A stretch of 64,000 nt of DNA. Source: Octopus sinensis. Lineage: Eukaryota. This document shows positions 12,281-26,398 of this stretch, piece after piece (positions within the stretch are counted from its first letter, which is position 1; each line of letters starts with the position of its first letter). The translations under genes and the position numbers were made by a program. The notes under the pieces were generated by a model, which was not told where the DNA came from, did no database searches, and saw only the letters and a program-made list of their open reading frames with translations. The DNA lies in contig NC_042999.1 of assembly GCF_006345805.1 (NCBI RefSeq), forward strand, positions 16,554,001 through 16,618,000. The letters are read 5' to 3'.

Positions 12281-12979
12281 TATAATTAACCAATTCTGTT
12301 TAATGTGACGGAGTTACAGATCATCTCTATAGAAAATAGTTCCTCGAGGTATAATAATTATTCTTAGATCGTACGTTTGAATGGTGTTAGTCCAACGCGA
12401 GAAACAAAATTCAAATTCTTTTGAGGAAACGTTTGTCATATTTCTGTTAGTTGACGCTATGCCAGAGAATTATAAATGGTTATGAAACATTGATTCCATT
12501 TTCAATAAAATTACATCCGTTATAGCCACTAATATCGACGTCGACATAATTGGTAGACTACTCAGTGCATTAATATTATAATATGATGTCCCATTTTATT
12601 TTTTCGCATTTTATTCTAAAGCATACCCTGGCGGGGCTAGTACATTTCTGTAAGCTTGTCAAGAGTCACTAAGTTAAGTCAAAGCCAGATGTTAAAATCA
12701 TAAATCAATAGACTCTCTATAAATACATATATTTTTTTTCAATCAGAATCTATGGAAATATCTGCCAGTACTTCAAGTGTACACAACAATAGCAAATCAT
12801 CACCGGGTGCAAATATCAATTCTGAAAATAATGAATATTCTTTGAGACACTCAATCGCATAATATCGTTATATTAGAAAATGTTTTGCAGTACTCAATAA
12901 GACGGCTCATGACGTGCAATCTCGTTGAGAATAAAAAAAACATAGTTTATACGTCCTAGATTAATTATCAGGATCTTTA

Positions 12980-13150
12980 TGTATATCCTGACAGATTTTT
13001 GGGACCAGCGTAGAGTAGTGATGATGGAGTTTCTGGCAAGGGGCACCACAATCAACGGGGTATTTTTTGCTACTCTGCTGCAGAAATTGTTGGACGCCAT
13101 CAAAGCAGAGAGTCGTGGCATGCTCATCAAATGAGTCCGCCTCTTTCAGA
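12980..13150 (+). pseudogene. Mariner transposase fragment
   Basis: FWDQRRVVMMEFLARGTTINGVFFATLLQKLLDAIKAESRGML resembles the mariner segment between the first two catalytic Asp residues. Confidence 0.7.
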
Positions 13151-13296
13151 TTAAAGCGATGGAAGAAGTGTGTCACCAGTCCCGTGGTGGCTATGTGGAG
13201 TAGGATTAATAATAACGCGAAGTTTCGTTTATCCTAATCCTTGGGAAGTAGGTCAGGGGAAATCTTTAATGAACTTCCCTCGTGTGTTTGTATATA

Positions 13297-14545
13297 TTGG
13301 GTTGGCAAGAAAGTAATTTGTTTTTTTTAGAGCGAAATAAAAGTAATTGTTTTCATGCAAGAATGAACTCCAATCAATTATATATTTTCCTATTTTTTCG
13401 ATGAATTTTTGCCATCTTTCTGGCAACTTCATGATTCTGAGTTCATAGAACTTCTGGGCCTTATCAGCCAAAAACTGGAGCAAGTGTGGTTTCAGGTCGT
13501 CATAATTATTGAAAATTTTACCATTCAAAGAATTTTGCAAACTTCCAAACAAATGGTAATCAAATAGTGCAAGACCAGGGCTAAATGGTGGATTTGACAT
13601 CACTTCTCAACCAAATTCCAATAATTTTTCATGTGTCAGCAAAGACATGTGTGATCTAGCGTTGTCATGGTGGAACACAGTTCCTTTACAATTTGCCAAT
13701 TCTGGCCGTTTTTCTTTGATTACTTCGTCCAGTTTCATTAGTCGTTGACAGTAAACATCAGAATTGACCGTTTGGTTCCTTGGAAGCAGCTCAAAATACA
13801 CCTTTGTAATCTCACCAAATTGACAGTATGAACTTTTTTTGATGCAATTCAGCTTTCGATGTGATTTGTGCTGGTTCATTACGCTTGGACGTTCTCGATT
13901 GATATTAATATTGTAGACAATCCATTTTTCAGCACCAGTGATGATTCATTCCAAAACATGTCGATTTCATTACGTTTGAGATGCATACCGCAAATATTGA
14001 TTCGTTGTGTTAAGTGAATCTCTTTTAATTTAGGTGGAACTAAAATATCGAGCTTCTTAACGAGTCCAACACATTTTAAGTGATTTTCAATTGTAGTGTG
14101 TGATACATTTAACATCGCTGCAATCTCTCGCACAGTTATATGACAATCAGATTCAATTATGGCTTTGATTCGGTCATCGTCAACTTCAGAAGGTCGACTA
14201 GAACGTTAGTCATCTTTGACTGAAAAATCTCCAGAACAGAATTTTTAAAACCATTTCTGACATATGCGTTCTGTTAAGCAATAAACACCATAAACTTCAC
14301 ATATCTCTTTGTGGGTCGCAGCAGCTCTCTTGCCTTTGGAGAAATAAAACAGCAAAATTTGGCGAAAATGTTTGCTTTTGCACTCCATGTAAAAAATTGA
14401 CGCTGAACTAACAGCTGTGAACAAAATTACACGCAATTTACCTCTAAAGTAAACTAAAAGTAACGGCTATCAAATATTAAAAGGAAAAAATCGTCACATT
14501 GACAAAAGTCAATCAAGAAAAATCGCAACTCTATTTGCGAAATAT
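13297..14545 (-). mobile_element. Degenerate full-length mariner (DD34D) transposon
   Basis: Broken ORFs contain LVPPKL (WVPHEL-like), FHHDNARSH and PPFSPGLALFDYHLF (YSPDLAP-like); TA plus TIR ttgggttggcaagaaagtaatt at the left end; about 1.25 kb. Confidence 0.85.
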
Positions 14546-15615
14546 ATATAGAAATATATATGAAAGAAGGTTTGAAAATGCAATTTTAAAGATGTCTGTT
14601 CACTTGACCGGTTTCACTTTTTTAGAAAATATTGTCAAAAGTAAAATGTAAAACTTTGTATAAGCTTTGTTGTGTTAAGTACTGGTTGTCACAAAATATC
14701 AAAATACATATATACATACTTTGATAATAATAAGAATAATAAGAAAATTTATAATAAGAAAATTTTTCTAGAGAGCAAATATGAAATTTAAGAATGACTA
14801 CTAAGACCAAAAAATAATCAATGATAATACTGATGGGTTATGTATAGGAACTGGTTACTGTATGCTATCGATTGAGGAAAGGTGTCTTTGGATGTTTTCA
14901 TTCAGAAACACTAAAACAAGCGCGAAGCGGTCCATCATTACACTCTCCCTGAATATGTGATAGCAGAGAAGGACCGAATTTACATTTTTATATATTTAAT
15001 TACCACAGCTAAGACTCTCACACATACATACATGCATGCACACAACATACATGCATGCATGCATGCATGCATACTTGCATACATACATACATACATACAT
15101 ACATACATACATACATACATACATACATACATACATACATACATACATACGTACATCTGTGAGCGGAACAGTAAAAATATGCATGATTTTTCTCAATTTC
15201 CAAATGTGAATTCGTCTGTGTTAATTACATTCCAAAGTTGGAGCCTTGTATACTTTTTGGAAACCAGTTCCTTCTTCAGTGGAAGATTTATAATAAAAAA
15301 TAGAAGAGACATACATACAGACAGACACAGACACACACACAGACACACAGACGCACACACAAACACACCCACAGACGCACACACACACACATACACACAC
15401 ACACACATATATCCACACACTTTGACACTTAGATAGGTTTCGGCCAGTATTGGTTCAGGCAATGCCAAATTTAATAGCACCACCTAGCGAATTAATTCTA
15501 ATCAGGAATCGGACTACTCAAATAGAGAGTTATTGTTTAGGGAGATATATCCGGGTGTAGGAGGTTTATCCGGGATCTCTTGAAGGAATTTGTACACTAT
15601 GTATATTATTATTAT

Positions 15616-17743
15616 CATTCAGTAGTTTTATTTTTATAGCGTGCTTTCACTTCACTACCGAGCACAGCTCTGTGTGCCTTGGGTATGTGCTGTGATTTGT
15701 TGTGATGCTCTGATGGTTACTGTATTGAAAGTGTTCTGCGTAGGATGTGTGCAGTGCCCAGTAGTGCAATTTTCTGTATGTTATATGTGTTTGTAAGTCC
15801 TGGTGTTTTGTTATGTATTTGTCTGAATATTTTTTTATCATGCCTAATGCACCTATTATGATAAGAATTGCTTCTGTTTTTAGATTCCACATTCTGGTTA
15901 CCTCTATTTCCAGGTCTTTGTATTTTGAAAGTTTCTCCATTTCTTTTAGAGACACGTTGTCATCTGCCGGTATTGATACATCAATTAGAAAGCATTTTTT
16001 TTCTTCATGATCTCTGACAAGTATATCTGATCTGTTGGCCTTAATTTCTCTATCTGTGTGTATCGGCATATTCCAGAGTATGGTTGCTTTCTCGTTTTCT
16101 GTGACCTTTTCTGGTGTGTGCCTATACCATCTATTTTCTGTTGTTATTCTATAATGTTGGCATAGCTTCCAGTGTATGTAGGTTCCAACTCTGTCATGTC
16201 TGTGAATATATGCCTTCTTAGCCAGGACTGGGCAGCCAGAGATAATATGATTTATCGTTTCTTGTCCATCTCCACATATTCTGCAGTTACTTGTTATATT
16301 TCTTTTCATTACATGTTTTTGGTAATTTCTGGTGGGGAGGCTTTGGTCTTGTGCTGCAATTAAGAATCCCTCTGTCTCTGCTTTGAGTCCTGAGCTTCTC
16401 AACCATTGCTGGGATTTTTCTTTGTCTATTTCTTTTGCATTTAGTTTAGTCCATGAAGGGGCTTTTCTTGCTATCGTTTTATCATGGTTCTTTGCTGTTC
16501 TAGTTTTAGTTTGGATTTCATTTGTTTTATAGCTTTTGTTTCTTCTTCTTCTTCTTCTTCTTCTTCTTCTTCTTCTTCTTCTTCTTCTTCTTCTTCTTTC
16601 TTCTTCTTCTTCTTCTTCTTCTTCTTCGTCTTCGTCTTCTTCTTCTTCTTCTTCTTCTTCTTCTTCGTCTTCTTCTTCTTCTTCTTCTTCTTCTTCTTCT
16701 TCTTCTTCTTCTTCTTCTTTCTTCTTCTTCTTCATATTTATTAGGTGGTATGATTTCTTGTTAATACTTGTCAGCTTCCTTAAATACTGAGAACAGTTTT
16801 TTGTTTCGCTCGTGTTTTGCCGCTGTTTGTAACAGTTTTCCTTTCTTCTGAAGTAGGTATTTTTGCAGTCCTATGGTGGTTATTTTATAGTAGTTTTCCC
16901 GCTGTATAAGGCCTCTACCACCTTCTATACGTTGTATATATAGTCATTCTATGTCAGATTTTGGGTGATGCATCCTAGATCCTGTCATTATTTTTCTTGT
17001 TTTCCTATCTATTTTGGTCAGTTCATTTAGTGTCCAGTTAAGGATATTGTAGCTGTAACTTATAACTGGGACAGCTAAAGTGTTAATACCTATTATCTTG
17101 TTTTTAGCATTGAGCCCTGTTTTTAGTATTGATCTAACTCGTTTATAATATTCTTTTTTTATTTTCTCTTTCATTTGTGTGTGTTGTGTCTTATCTAGTT
17201 CATGGATTCCTAAGTATTTGTAAGTTTGGTTTTGGTCTAATTCTTTTATTTCATCGGTTTTATCTAGTGCGATGTTGCTACGCTTAACTAGTTTTCCTCT
17301 TTTCAGGGTTACTTTGGCGCATTTTTCTAATCCAAATTTCATATATATTTCTTTGGTAAATCCATGAACTGTCTTTAATAGTGTTTCCAGCTGTTTGTCA
17401 TTTGCAGCGTATAGTTTTTGGTCATCCATATATAAAAGGTGGCTGATCGTTTTGCCGTAACATTTATATCCGCATCCAGTTCTATTTAGCATATCAGATA
17501 GAGGTGACAGTGGCAAGCAGAAAAGGAGTGGAGAGAGCGTGTCTCCTTGGAATATTCCTCTTCTAATGGGGATGGCTTTGGTTTTCATGAGTCCCTCTTT
17601 TGTTTGGAGCCGTAGCACTGTTTGCCATTTATTCATAGAGTGTCCTATGAATTTTATAATTGTTGGTGCTACTTTGTTAATGGCTAGTGTTTCGAGGATC
17701 CATGTGTGGGGGATGCTATCAAACGCCTTTTTGTAGTCGATCC

Positions 17744-17745
<2 letters not shown>
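15616..17745 (-). pseudogene. 5'-truncated R4/Dong-clade non-LTR retrotransposon (RT + CCHC + RLE)
   Basis: IDYKKAFDSIPH, GIFQGDTLSPLLF, LLYMDD; CRICGDGQETINHIISGC; ANRSDILV...FLIDVSIP. A premature stop and frameshifts lie near 16940. (TAA)n is present at both ends. Confidence 0.92.
16537..16735. repeat. (TTC)n/(GAA)n expansion inside the R4/Dong ORF
   Basis: About 200 bp of TTC units lie between PPNKY and NKSYK of the LINE reading frame. Confidence 0.9.
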
Positions 17746-17793
<48 letters not shown>

Positions 17794-18111
17794 TATTGTA
17801 GTTATTATTGTAAGAATAGACTTCCATAGACGCTTTATCTCCGTAACAAAGAAAGCTTTCTGATTTGTTTATAAATATTATATCTAGTATTAGACAGTTT
17901 AAGTATATATACCTAAAATTAGTTTGAGAATGATGGGTGAGCGTTTGGCCCAATCGGATCCGCATGTAGCCATGTAAGCGTTGATACGTGGGATCGGTTC
18001 TGGCTTGGGTTAGCTCATCATGTTTCAGTCAATTTGTTTATATATAAAAGTCGATTTCAATGGAAGAATATATATATATATTATTACTATGGTATATTAT
18101 CAAAGCTATTA

Positions 18112-18151
<40 letters not shown>

Positions 18152-18450
18152 TAATTAAGGGTAGAAATTGATATTTATCAATTAAAACCAGTGGTCTAGC
18201 ATATTAAAAAAGAATCCGAAGATTAAAATATTTATATATACCAATTAAGGACTGAACATGAAAAGTGGACAGTCAACATGCTAGAAATAGACATCAAATC
18301 GCCATTCTCCACAAAGATTATGTTCTCAAATCAAATATATATATATTTAAGGTTGGTATATTTATACATACATATATACATTTATATAGCAATATGAATA
18401 TATTTGTAAGTATGCATATAGGTATATATATATATTATATATATATATTA

Positions 18451-18482
<32 letters not shown>

Positions 18483-18919
18483 CTCATACATATATATGCA
18501 TACACACATATATACATATATATACGTACAAACAAAAGATGTTACATTATTGATTACCTTACTGGTAAGTAAATCTTCGAATTTCGTTTTAGTTTACAGT
18601 ACTTTAAATTGATGTATGTTTGTAGCATAAATAAGAAAAGACGTAACGTATTCATGCAAATATATGAGTTATGGCACCAATAACAGCTCGATTTTTCTTT
18701 TCCGTTTATATCCTATCTGTTTATGTCTAAAGTTTCTCACAGTAGAAAAATGTGTTTCTTGAAAGATGAACATATTCATTATACATACATACATACATAC
18801 ATACATACACACATACATACATACATACATACACACATACATACACATATATATATGCATACATATGCATATATGTATCAGTATATATATATATATTATA
18901 TATTATATATACACTCCCA

Positions 18920-18962
<43 letters not shown>

Positions 18963-19089
18963 TGTGAAAATATATACATATATATATATGTATATAAAAT
19001 TTATGTATATACGTGTATTTATATATGTAAATATATATATGTATATATCCGTATGTATATATCTATATATGGATGTCTATAATATGTAT

Positions 19090-19157
<68 letters not shown>

Positions 19158-19307
19158 TTATACTTACGTATATGTATGTATAATGTGCCTGTGTGTGTAT
19201 GTATATATATATATATATATATCTGCATATCTGTTTATCTAAATGTACATATGCATACATACATAGATACATACATATATATGTATATATACATACACCA
19301 CACACAC

Positions 19308-19350
<43 letters not shown>

Positions 19351-19863
19351 TATATTTATTTATTTATATGTTCTCTTCCTCAGAACGAAAAACACACCAA
19401 ACTTGTCAGCACAGTCTGTATATGAACTGTTCAGATGCATATATTAATATTGCGAATAGAAGGATTATTTTCGTTTGAGAAGGGGAAATATTTGGCGTTT
19501 AATCAAAAATTTTGACATTAATAATTTAGATGCCCTATCGCATTTTCAATTTTAGATGGAAAATGATTTTTTTTCATTACAAAAATAAAAACAAACAAAC
19601 AAGAAGAACAAAAATGATAACTTAGCTGTCTACTAAACACTAAAGAAAGTCGTTAATTCCTTTCTGTAATTGAGAGTGTATCATCAGTTGTATATGATTG
19701 CATTAACGCTAGGTGAAAGACCTTTTGAAAATGCAGCTTGTTGAAAGGAGAGCATTCTAGAGACTACTGTAGGAGAGAATAAATGATCAATCCTATCGAT
19801 GTTGTTGGTGTCTTTTAGCTTATAGGTCACTAATTTTTTGAGGTTTCCATCTGGTCGATATGG

Positions 19864-20265
19864 TTATGAAAACGTGGCAGGGCTGCGATCTACAGCAGTG
19901 TGACCTGCATTCTTTGTTGTCCTCTCCACCGGGTTGGCCTTGTGTTTCGGATGCCGGGTAACTGGTTCGGCCTTGTGTTTCGGATGCCGAGTAACCGGTT
20001 CGGCCTTGTGTTTTGGATGCCGGATAACCGGTTCGGCCTTGTGTTTTGGATGCCGGGTAACCGGTTCGACCTTGTGTTTCGGATGCCGGGTAACCGGTTC
20101 GGCCTTGTGTTTTGGATGCCGGGTAACCGGTTCGACCTTGTGTTTCGGATGCCGAGTAACATGTTCGGCCTTGTGTTTTGGATGCCGGGTAACCGGTTCG
20201 AACTTGTGTTTCGGATGCAGAGTAGCCGGTTTGGCCTTGTGTATCGGATGCCGGGTAACCGGCTC
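19864..20265 (-). CDS. Candidate exon encoding (EPVTRHPKHKA)x10; unverified
   Basis: 133 open codons follow catctttag|GAG up to TAA, and most unit variants are synonymous in this frame (CCG/CCA, ACC/ACT). The antisense frame LCFGCRVTGSA shows the same bias. Confidence 0.3.
   Translation of the reverse strand, partial: EPVTRHPIHKAKPATLHPKHKFEPVTRHPKHKAEHVTRHPKHKVEPVTRHPKHKAEPVTRHPKHKVEPVTRHPKHKAEPVIRHPKHKAEPVTRHPKHKAEPVTRHPKHKANPVERTTKNAGHTAVDRSPATFS
19931..20260. repeat. GC-rich minisatellite, 10 x 33 bp (ggttcggccttgtgtttcggatgccgggtaacc)
   Basis: Ten contiguous units counted, with no indels. Confidence 0.95.
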
Positions 20266-20399
20266 CTAAAGATGGTCCTTTTCAGCGAGATCGAGACCGC
20301 AAGTAAGCCGCATAGTCATCCCAAATTTCATTTTCATACGTGTAGGTACGTATATACATTTTAGAGGGTCACAATACCAGTTCTACAAAGCCCTTTCCG

Positions 20400-20950
20400 A
20401 ACTCTTCAGTAACGAATGATAGCGACCTCATTATTACGGATGGTGATTTTAATGCTTATGTTGCGATAATCTAACAAACATAGAGATAACAGCAGAAGTA
20501 ATGAAAAGTGATCGAGAGTCTGCAAGTTGTGTGATAGAAATTACACAAGAATTTACAATACTGCGATAAAAAATACTTCTCATCCATGAGATGGATTATC
20601 TCTCTGGCGATTCTGCAAGCCAAATATATTTCACATTTGTCAGGAGGTGGCATAAATTAATTGGCTGTAAACACTAAGTCCTGAGAGATTGAGGCTTATA
20701 ACGTGGAGTGCAGTAATGAATTTTTATGATGCAATCTGGTTAGAGTCACAAGCCAAATATGTAAATTGTATACTGCTCAGCCACAAGGCAAAACATAACA
20801 AATTATGGTAGACTAGATATGGTAGAGCGCGCCATGATAGCTAAAAGACAATCATGGGAAAATTGAAAGAGAATGGAACAAGGAACAATATTAGATAGCC
20901 ATATGGGAGATTGATGTCGAATATAACCAGCGAGAGGAGAAGCAGGAAGA
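20400..20950 (+). pseudogene. Highly degenerate RTE-like LINE fragment (endonuclease/linker)
   Basis: DLIITDGDFNAY resembles the APE GDFN motif; AMIAKRQSW...KEQY. Many stops. Confidence 0.45.
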
Positions 20951-22729
20951 AAAAAGGGTTTTATTAATATTTTGTTATATGAGAATTTGAGGGGTTAGGC
21001 GATTCATATTGTAAAAACTGTCATTTCAAATCAAAATATCGTTGAGAAAGAGCGTGTAGGGAGATATAGCAGCGCTTTGGTCCTTATTGAAACCGAGAAG
21101 TAAGAAGGAAATATTACTTTCATCTATTTGATAAGTTTGAAAGAGGGGGCAATGCCTATGCCCCTTGCAAGCCTTCCGAAATTGGTGAAATTGATGAGGT
21201 TAATATTCTGTTTAAGATGTTGCAGTTCAACATCTGCAGGAAAAATATGAATATGGAGGGGATTCCAGGGTGCCGATGTTTCGGATAGAAGGGAATGGGC
21301 CGAGGAGGGTTGTATAAAACAGGGGTGACACAAGGTAGAGAGACAAATTTGTCGGGTGCCTGACTAGTAGAGGTACGATATCAGACATTTCCATCAAGCA
21401 GAAGATTGAAGACAAGGAGATAGATAATCTGGAATAGTTCCAAATATATCGAAAATAAACGTTGAAGTATAAAATTTGATAGTTACTCGCATATTCTGTC
21501 AGGTTGCACACAGAAATGTTATACAGAATGTCTTGTAACGCTGTAGCATCATCAGTTATAAAACATCATCTATAATATAAATTGGACATGGGCGAGCGTT
21601 GTATTCTTTCTTGTCTTGAGGTTCACAGCCAAATGGCTGGGTGGAATCGCGTGAAAAATAGCACACCTGTGGAGACGGGTGCATAGATTAGAATGCAGTT
21701 TGTATTTGTTTCCTAGCCCCCATACTTACCGAGAAAATCGATCTGAAGCTGTTTTCTGATCGGGGGTGGGGAGAAATTTTCATACAGCTGGAGGCTCCAA
21801 TCGAAACAGGGCACCCGAAATGATAAGGTTGAGAAACGCTGTTATAGATTATGCCTAATCGAAAACGATCACACCCACATCATCCAAACAGACCGGGTGA
21901 AACCGGGCTTAACTACTAGTCAGTTATAAAGAAAATTTACATTACAAAGAAGCAACTGTAGAAGCATGGAAGTGAACGACTAGGTTATAACCGCAAGAGA
22001 GATATTGCAGAACTGATTTGAAAGAGATTTAGATGCCGTTTGAAATTTTGCTTGAATGGGTGCACCTCAGATATCCTCTTCTTTGTGGATTAAGTACAGA
22101 ATTTTTTAACTAATTCACTCTACATAGCATTCGTTAATTTGAAGAGATCCGTTGAGAGAGCACAACACTCGGTAGCGTAGTGGTTGCTAATGATTGACTT
22201 ATGGGAGCTGTACAAGCTACAAGCAGATATCTTATCATCAAAATGAGGCTTTGTGCGCAGGTTAAGTGTACATCAGGGATCGGCTTTTGGTTCCTATTGT
22301 TTATTTTAAATTCTTCAGATCTTAAAAGTGTAGTTTAAAAAAGGTTTTCCGTAGAAACTTCTGTAAGTCAACGGCTTAATTCTGACAGCTGAAGAATGTC
22401 AGCCATGGAAACAAAGCTCAGAATTAAATTGTCTTAAAGGCAACCACTTTTGTTTGTAGAGAAAGACCAAAGAAGTAATCGTGTTAGATATAAAGTAAAG
22501 CAACGGGAAGGAACACTTTACTATGTATCAAATATACGATGTGAGTCAGAATGTTATGTAATTTTTAATCGTATTTTGTATTGACTAACTTTGTATATAT
22601 GTAAATATTTTAAAAAGTAATGCAAATAAACATTGTATTATTTTCTGACTTACTTTCGTAAAAATATAACTTAGAAATGTAATAGAAATAATAAACAGAA
22701 ATAGTAATCTTGAAAGAAATTCGAAATAC

Positions 22730-23330
22730 TAGAAGTTCCTTAGAAGAAATCTATATCTGCGGTTACCAAAGTGACCTAACTAGAAGCGGAGGAGAGTGTT
22801 CCAAAACTGTAGAATTCAGACCATGAACAAGAAGGAAGGGTTCAGTTAAAACATCTGATGGTGGCGTGGGTATTCACTTTCGAAATGAAGGGTAGATTTT
22901 CTGATATTTATTTGTGCAGTGTAGATTTATGTTGAAAGGAAGCATACGAATTGAATACGGATATTGTACGAAGACTACATAGAAACGAAGGAGTATATAT
23001 CTGTATGTGTATGAACAACTTATTATATATATAAACTAAGAAATAACTGGGTATGAGAGAATATATTTGTGGATGTAAGAGAGAAGGTGGCACTGGTATG
23101 GAGACGAGAAGTAGCGTATGGAAGGTGGTAGCTTAGAGCAATTTAAATGTAAGAATTGTGTACACAACTAAAGCAGACATAGGAAGAATGGATGAAGTCT
23201 GATCTGAAGGGGCTGAACTTAATAAGTAAGAAAATAAAAAGAAAAGGACCGCAGCAAATGGCAAGATGCTGTCAGAAAAGATAGGTCTCATCCATGTCAG
23301 CATGGAATAGCAGGTATAAAATAATAATGG
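22730..23330 (+). pseudogene. Highly degenerate RTE-like LINE 3' end
   Basis: Remnant resembling the RTE C-terminal RP..TW...K.DL..L.L motif (acaactaaagcagacataggaagaatggatgaagtctgatctgaaggggctgaac). Confidence 0.45.
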
Positions 23331-23369
23331 TATATTTTACGTAATATATTGCTTATCTCTCTCTTTTAG

Positions 23370-23398
23370 AATGTGCGAATATGTACATATATATATAT

Positions 23399-23445
<47 letters not shown>

Positions 23446-24096
23446 AAATATATATATATATATATAAGATATATATATATATATATAATATATATGTGTG
23501 TGTATATATATATAGATGCATATGTATATATATAGATGCATATGTGTATAAATATATATATAATATATATATATTTCCGTATGTATGTATACAGACACAT
23601 GTTTGTAAAGTATGTATATGTGTAATAAATATGTGTGTTTGTTGTGTGTTTGTGGCTGTGTGTATATATGCGTGTGTTGTGTGTTTGATACTGTATGAAA
23701 GACGAAGTGAGAGAAAGAGACGGTGGAGTAGGAAGGAACGTTCGAAAAAGAAGGAAAATACATCCGAACTGAATTGCCTTATGTATGTTGATATATTACG
23801 ATTGCCAAAATTCTTCTCTAAGTGCAAAGCTATCGGAGTAATTACATTCTTTCTATATATTTTAAAATGATTTTATGTTTTATATAGGTTTCGGCGTTTT
23901 TCGTTTTGTTTGTTGTATTTTGTGTTTTAGTACTGTAATTTTATGTTCAAATCTGAAGTAAATGTTTGTTACTCGCTTAAATGATGAAGATTCTGAAGGG
24001 AGTTTTATGTTTTAACTTTTAAAATTATTAAATATTACTTGGCTCACAATAAGAACTTAGGCATTTATATAATATATATAATATATAATATATATA

Positions 24097-24138
<42 letters not shown>

Positions 24139-24149
24139 TATATATATAC

Positions 24150-24192
<43 letters not shown>

Positions 24193-24770
24193 TATATATA
24201 TGTGTGTGTATATATATATAGATGCATATGTATATATATAGATGCATATGTGTATAAATATATATATAATATATATATATTTCCGTATGTATGTATACAG
24301 ACACATGTTTGTAAAGTATGTATATGTGTAATAAATATGTGTGTTTGTGTGTGTTTGTGGCTGTGTGTATATATGCGTGTGTTGTGTGTTTGATACTGTA
24401 TGAAAGACGAAGTGAGAGAAAGAGACGGGTGGAGTAGGAAGGAACGTTCGAAAAAGAAGGAAAATAACATCCGAACTGAATTGCCTTATGTATGTTGATA
24501 TATTACGATTGCCAAAATTTCTTCTCTAAGCTGCCAAAGCTATCGGAGTAATTACATTCTTTCTATATATTTTAAAATGATTTTATGTTTTATATAGGTT
24601 TCGGCGTTTGTTGTATTTTGTGTTTTAGTACTGTAATTTTATGTTCAAATCTGAAGTAAATGTTTGTTACTCGCTTAAATGATGAAGATTCTGAAGGAGA
24701 GTTTTATGTTTTAAACTTTTAAAATTATTAAATATTAACTTGGCTCACAAATAATGAACTTAGGCATTTA
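23370..24770. repeat. Tandem duplication, 2 x ~0.7 kb
   Basis: 23370-24065 and 24066-24770 are colinear, differ mainly by 1-bp indels and are bounded by (TA)n. Confidence 0.9.
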
Positions 24771-24810
<40 letters not shown>

Positions 24811-24928
24811 GTATATATTTATGGATATATAGATATGTGCATTTATATGTGTGCATGTACAAATGTGGTATTTGATAAATACACGTATAAGCATACATAG
24901 ATATCGATATATGGATATACATATATGT

Positions 24929-24961
<33 letters not shown>

Positions 24962-25129
24962 GTGTGTGTGTGTGTATATCTATATATATATATATACGTA
25001 TATATACACACACACGCAAATATAATATATACATATATATCTATATATACATATATTTTGTGTAAACATATAGGTATATATATATATATATATACATTTA
25101 TATATATATATATATATTATATATATATA

Positions 25130-25217
25130 TATTTATGTATATATAAGAATGTATATTCATAATTATGTATACACATACCTGTACATATGCATATGTACAT
25201 GCATTCATATATGTATG

Positions 25218-25271
<54 letters not shown>

Positions 25272-26354
25272 TATGTATATGTATGTATATATATATGTGT
25301 GTGTGTATGTGTGTGTGTGTTTGTGTGTGTGTATGTATGTAAATATATACTCTTACGATTATATTCATGTATTTGTATATTTACATACATGACACATTCT
25401 TAAATATATAAGTACACACATACAGAAAATCAGTGAATCAATGGTTTATACATACATGCATACATATATAGATGCATCCATGCATACATATATAGATGCA
25501 TCCATGCATACAATGCATACAATGTAAACAAACAAACAAACACACAAACACACACTCTAACATAGCAAGTATAGATATAGATACACACACAAACATATGA
25601 ACACTTACATAAATCGATGGAAATATGGAAATACACACAACCTAATAAACACAAATATACATACATATGTATGTATATGTATATATATGTAAATATATGT
25701 GTGTGTTTGTGTGTGTGTGTGTCTGTGTGTGTGCGTGTGTGTATGTTTATCAACATACACAATGCCTCATATAGCGTATTGCAATGCATACTCAAAAATA
25801 ATCTCTTTGGAAAATACAAACACACATATTCGCCAACACAATCGTCTGTGTGCTTGTATGCGTGCGTACACGTGTATATATGTGTGTATATTTGTGTGTA
25901 TATATACGTGTGTGTGTGTGTGTGTGTGTCTGTGCATGGGTGTAATGTATTTGAAGGATATAGACGAAATGTGCTGTGCAAAGTTTGTAAATAAATAAAA
26001 ACAAACCATCACATCAGAATATTATCTGTTTTGCCTCGTAAACTATATTCCATTGTCAGACATTTTCATAAATAACCCAAATATTTCACAATTTTTATAT
26101 GAATCAACTATAGAAATGCTTACATTACTAGAAATATCAGCTAAGTCTTTTTTTATTCTTTTTTTTTATATGCCTGCATCGATGTTTATTTCTTCACCAA
26201 ATCTTTTATTTACAAAGGGAAACCTTTCATTTACCCGGTAGAAAAGAGAAAAATACGTTGATTCATACACACGCATACATATGCATTCGGGTATGTGTGT
26301 TTTGTGTGTGTATGTAAATATGCATGTGTATATATATGCATGTGTCTCTCTCCT

Positions 26355-26398
<44 letters not shown>

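Noticed and set aside
21891-21920. Helitron-like 3' end (ccgggtgaaaccggg...CTAG|T)
   Set aside because: The hairpin is imperfect and no 5' end or body could be identified.
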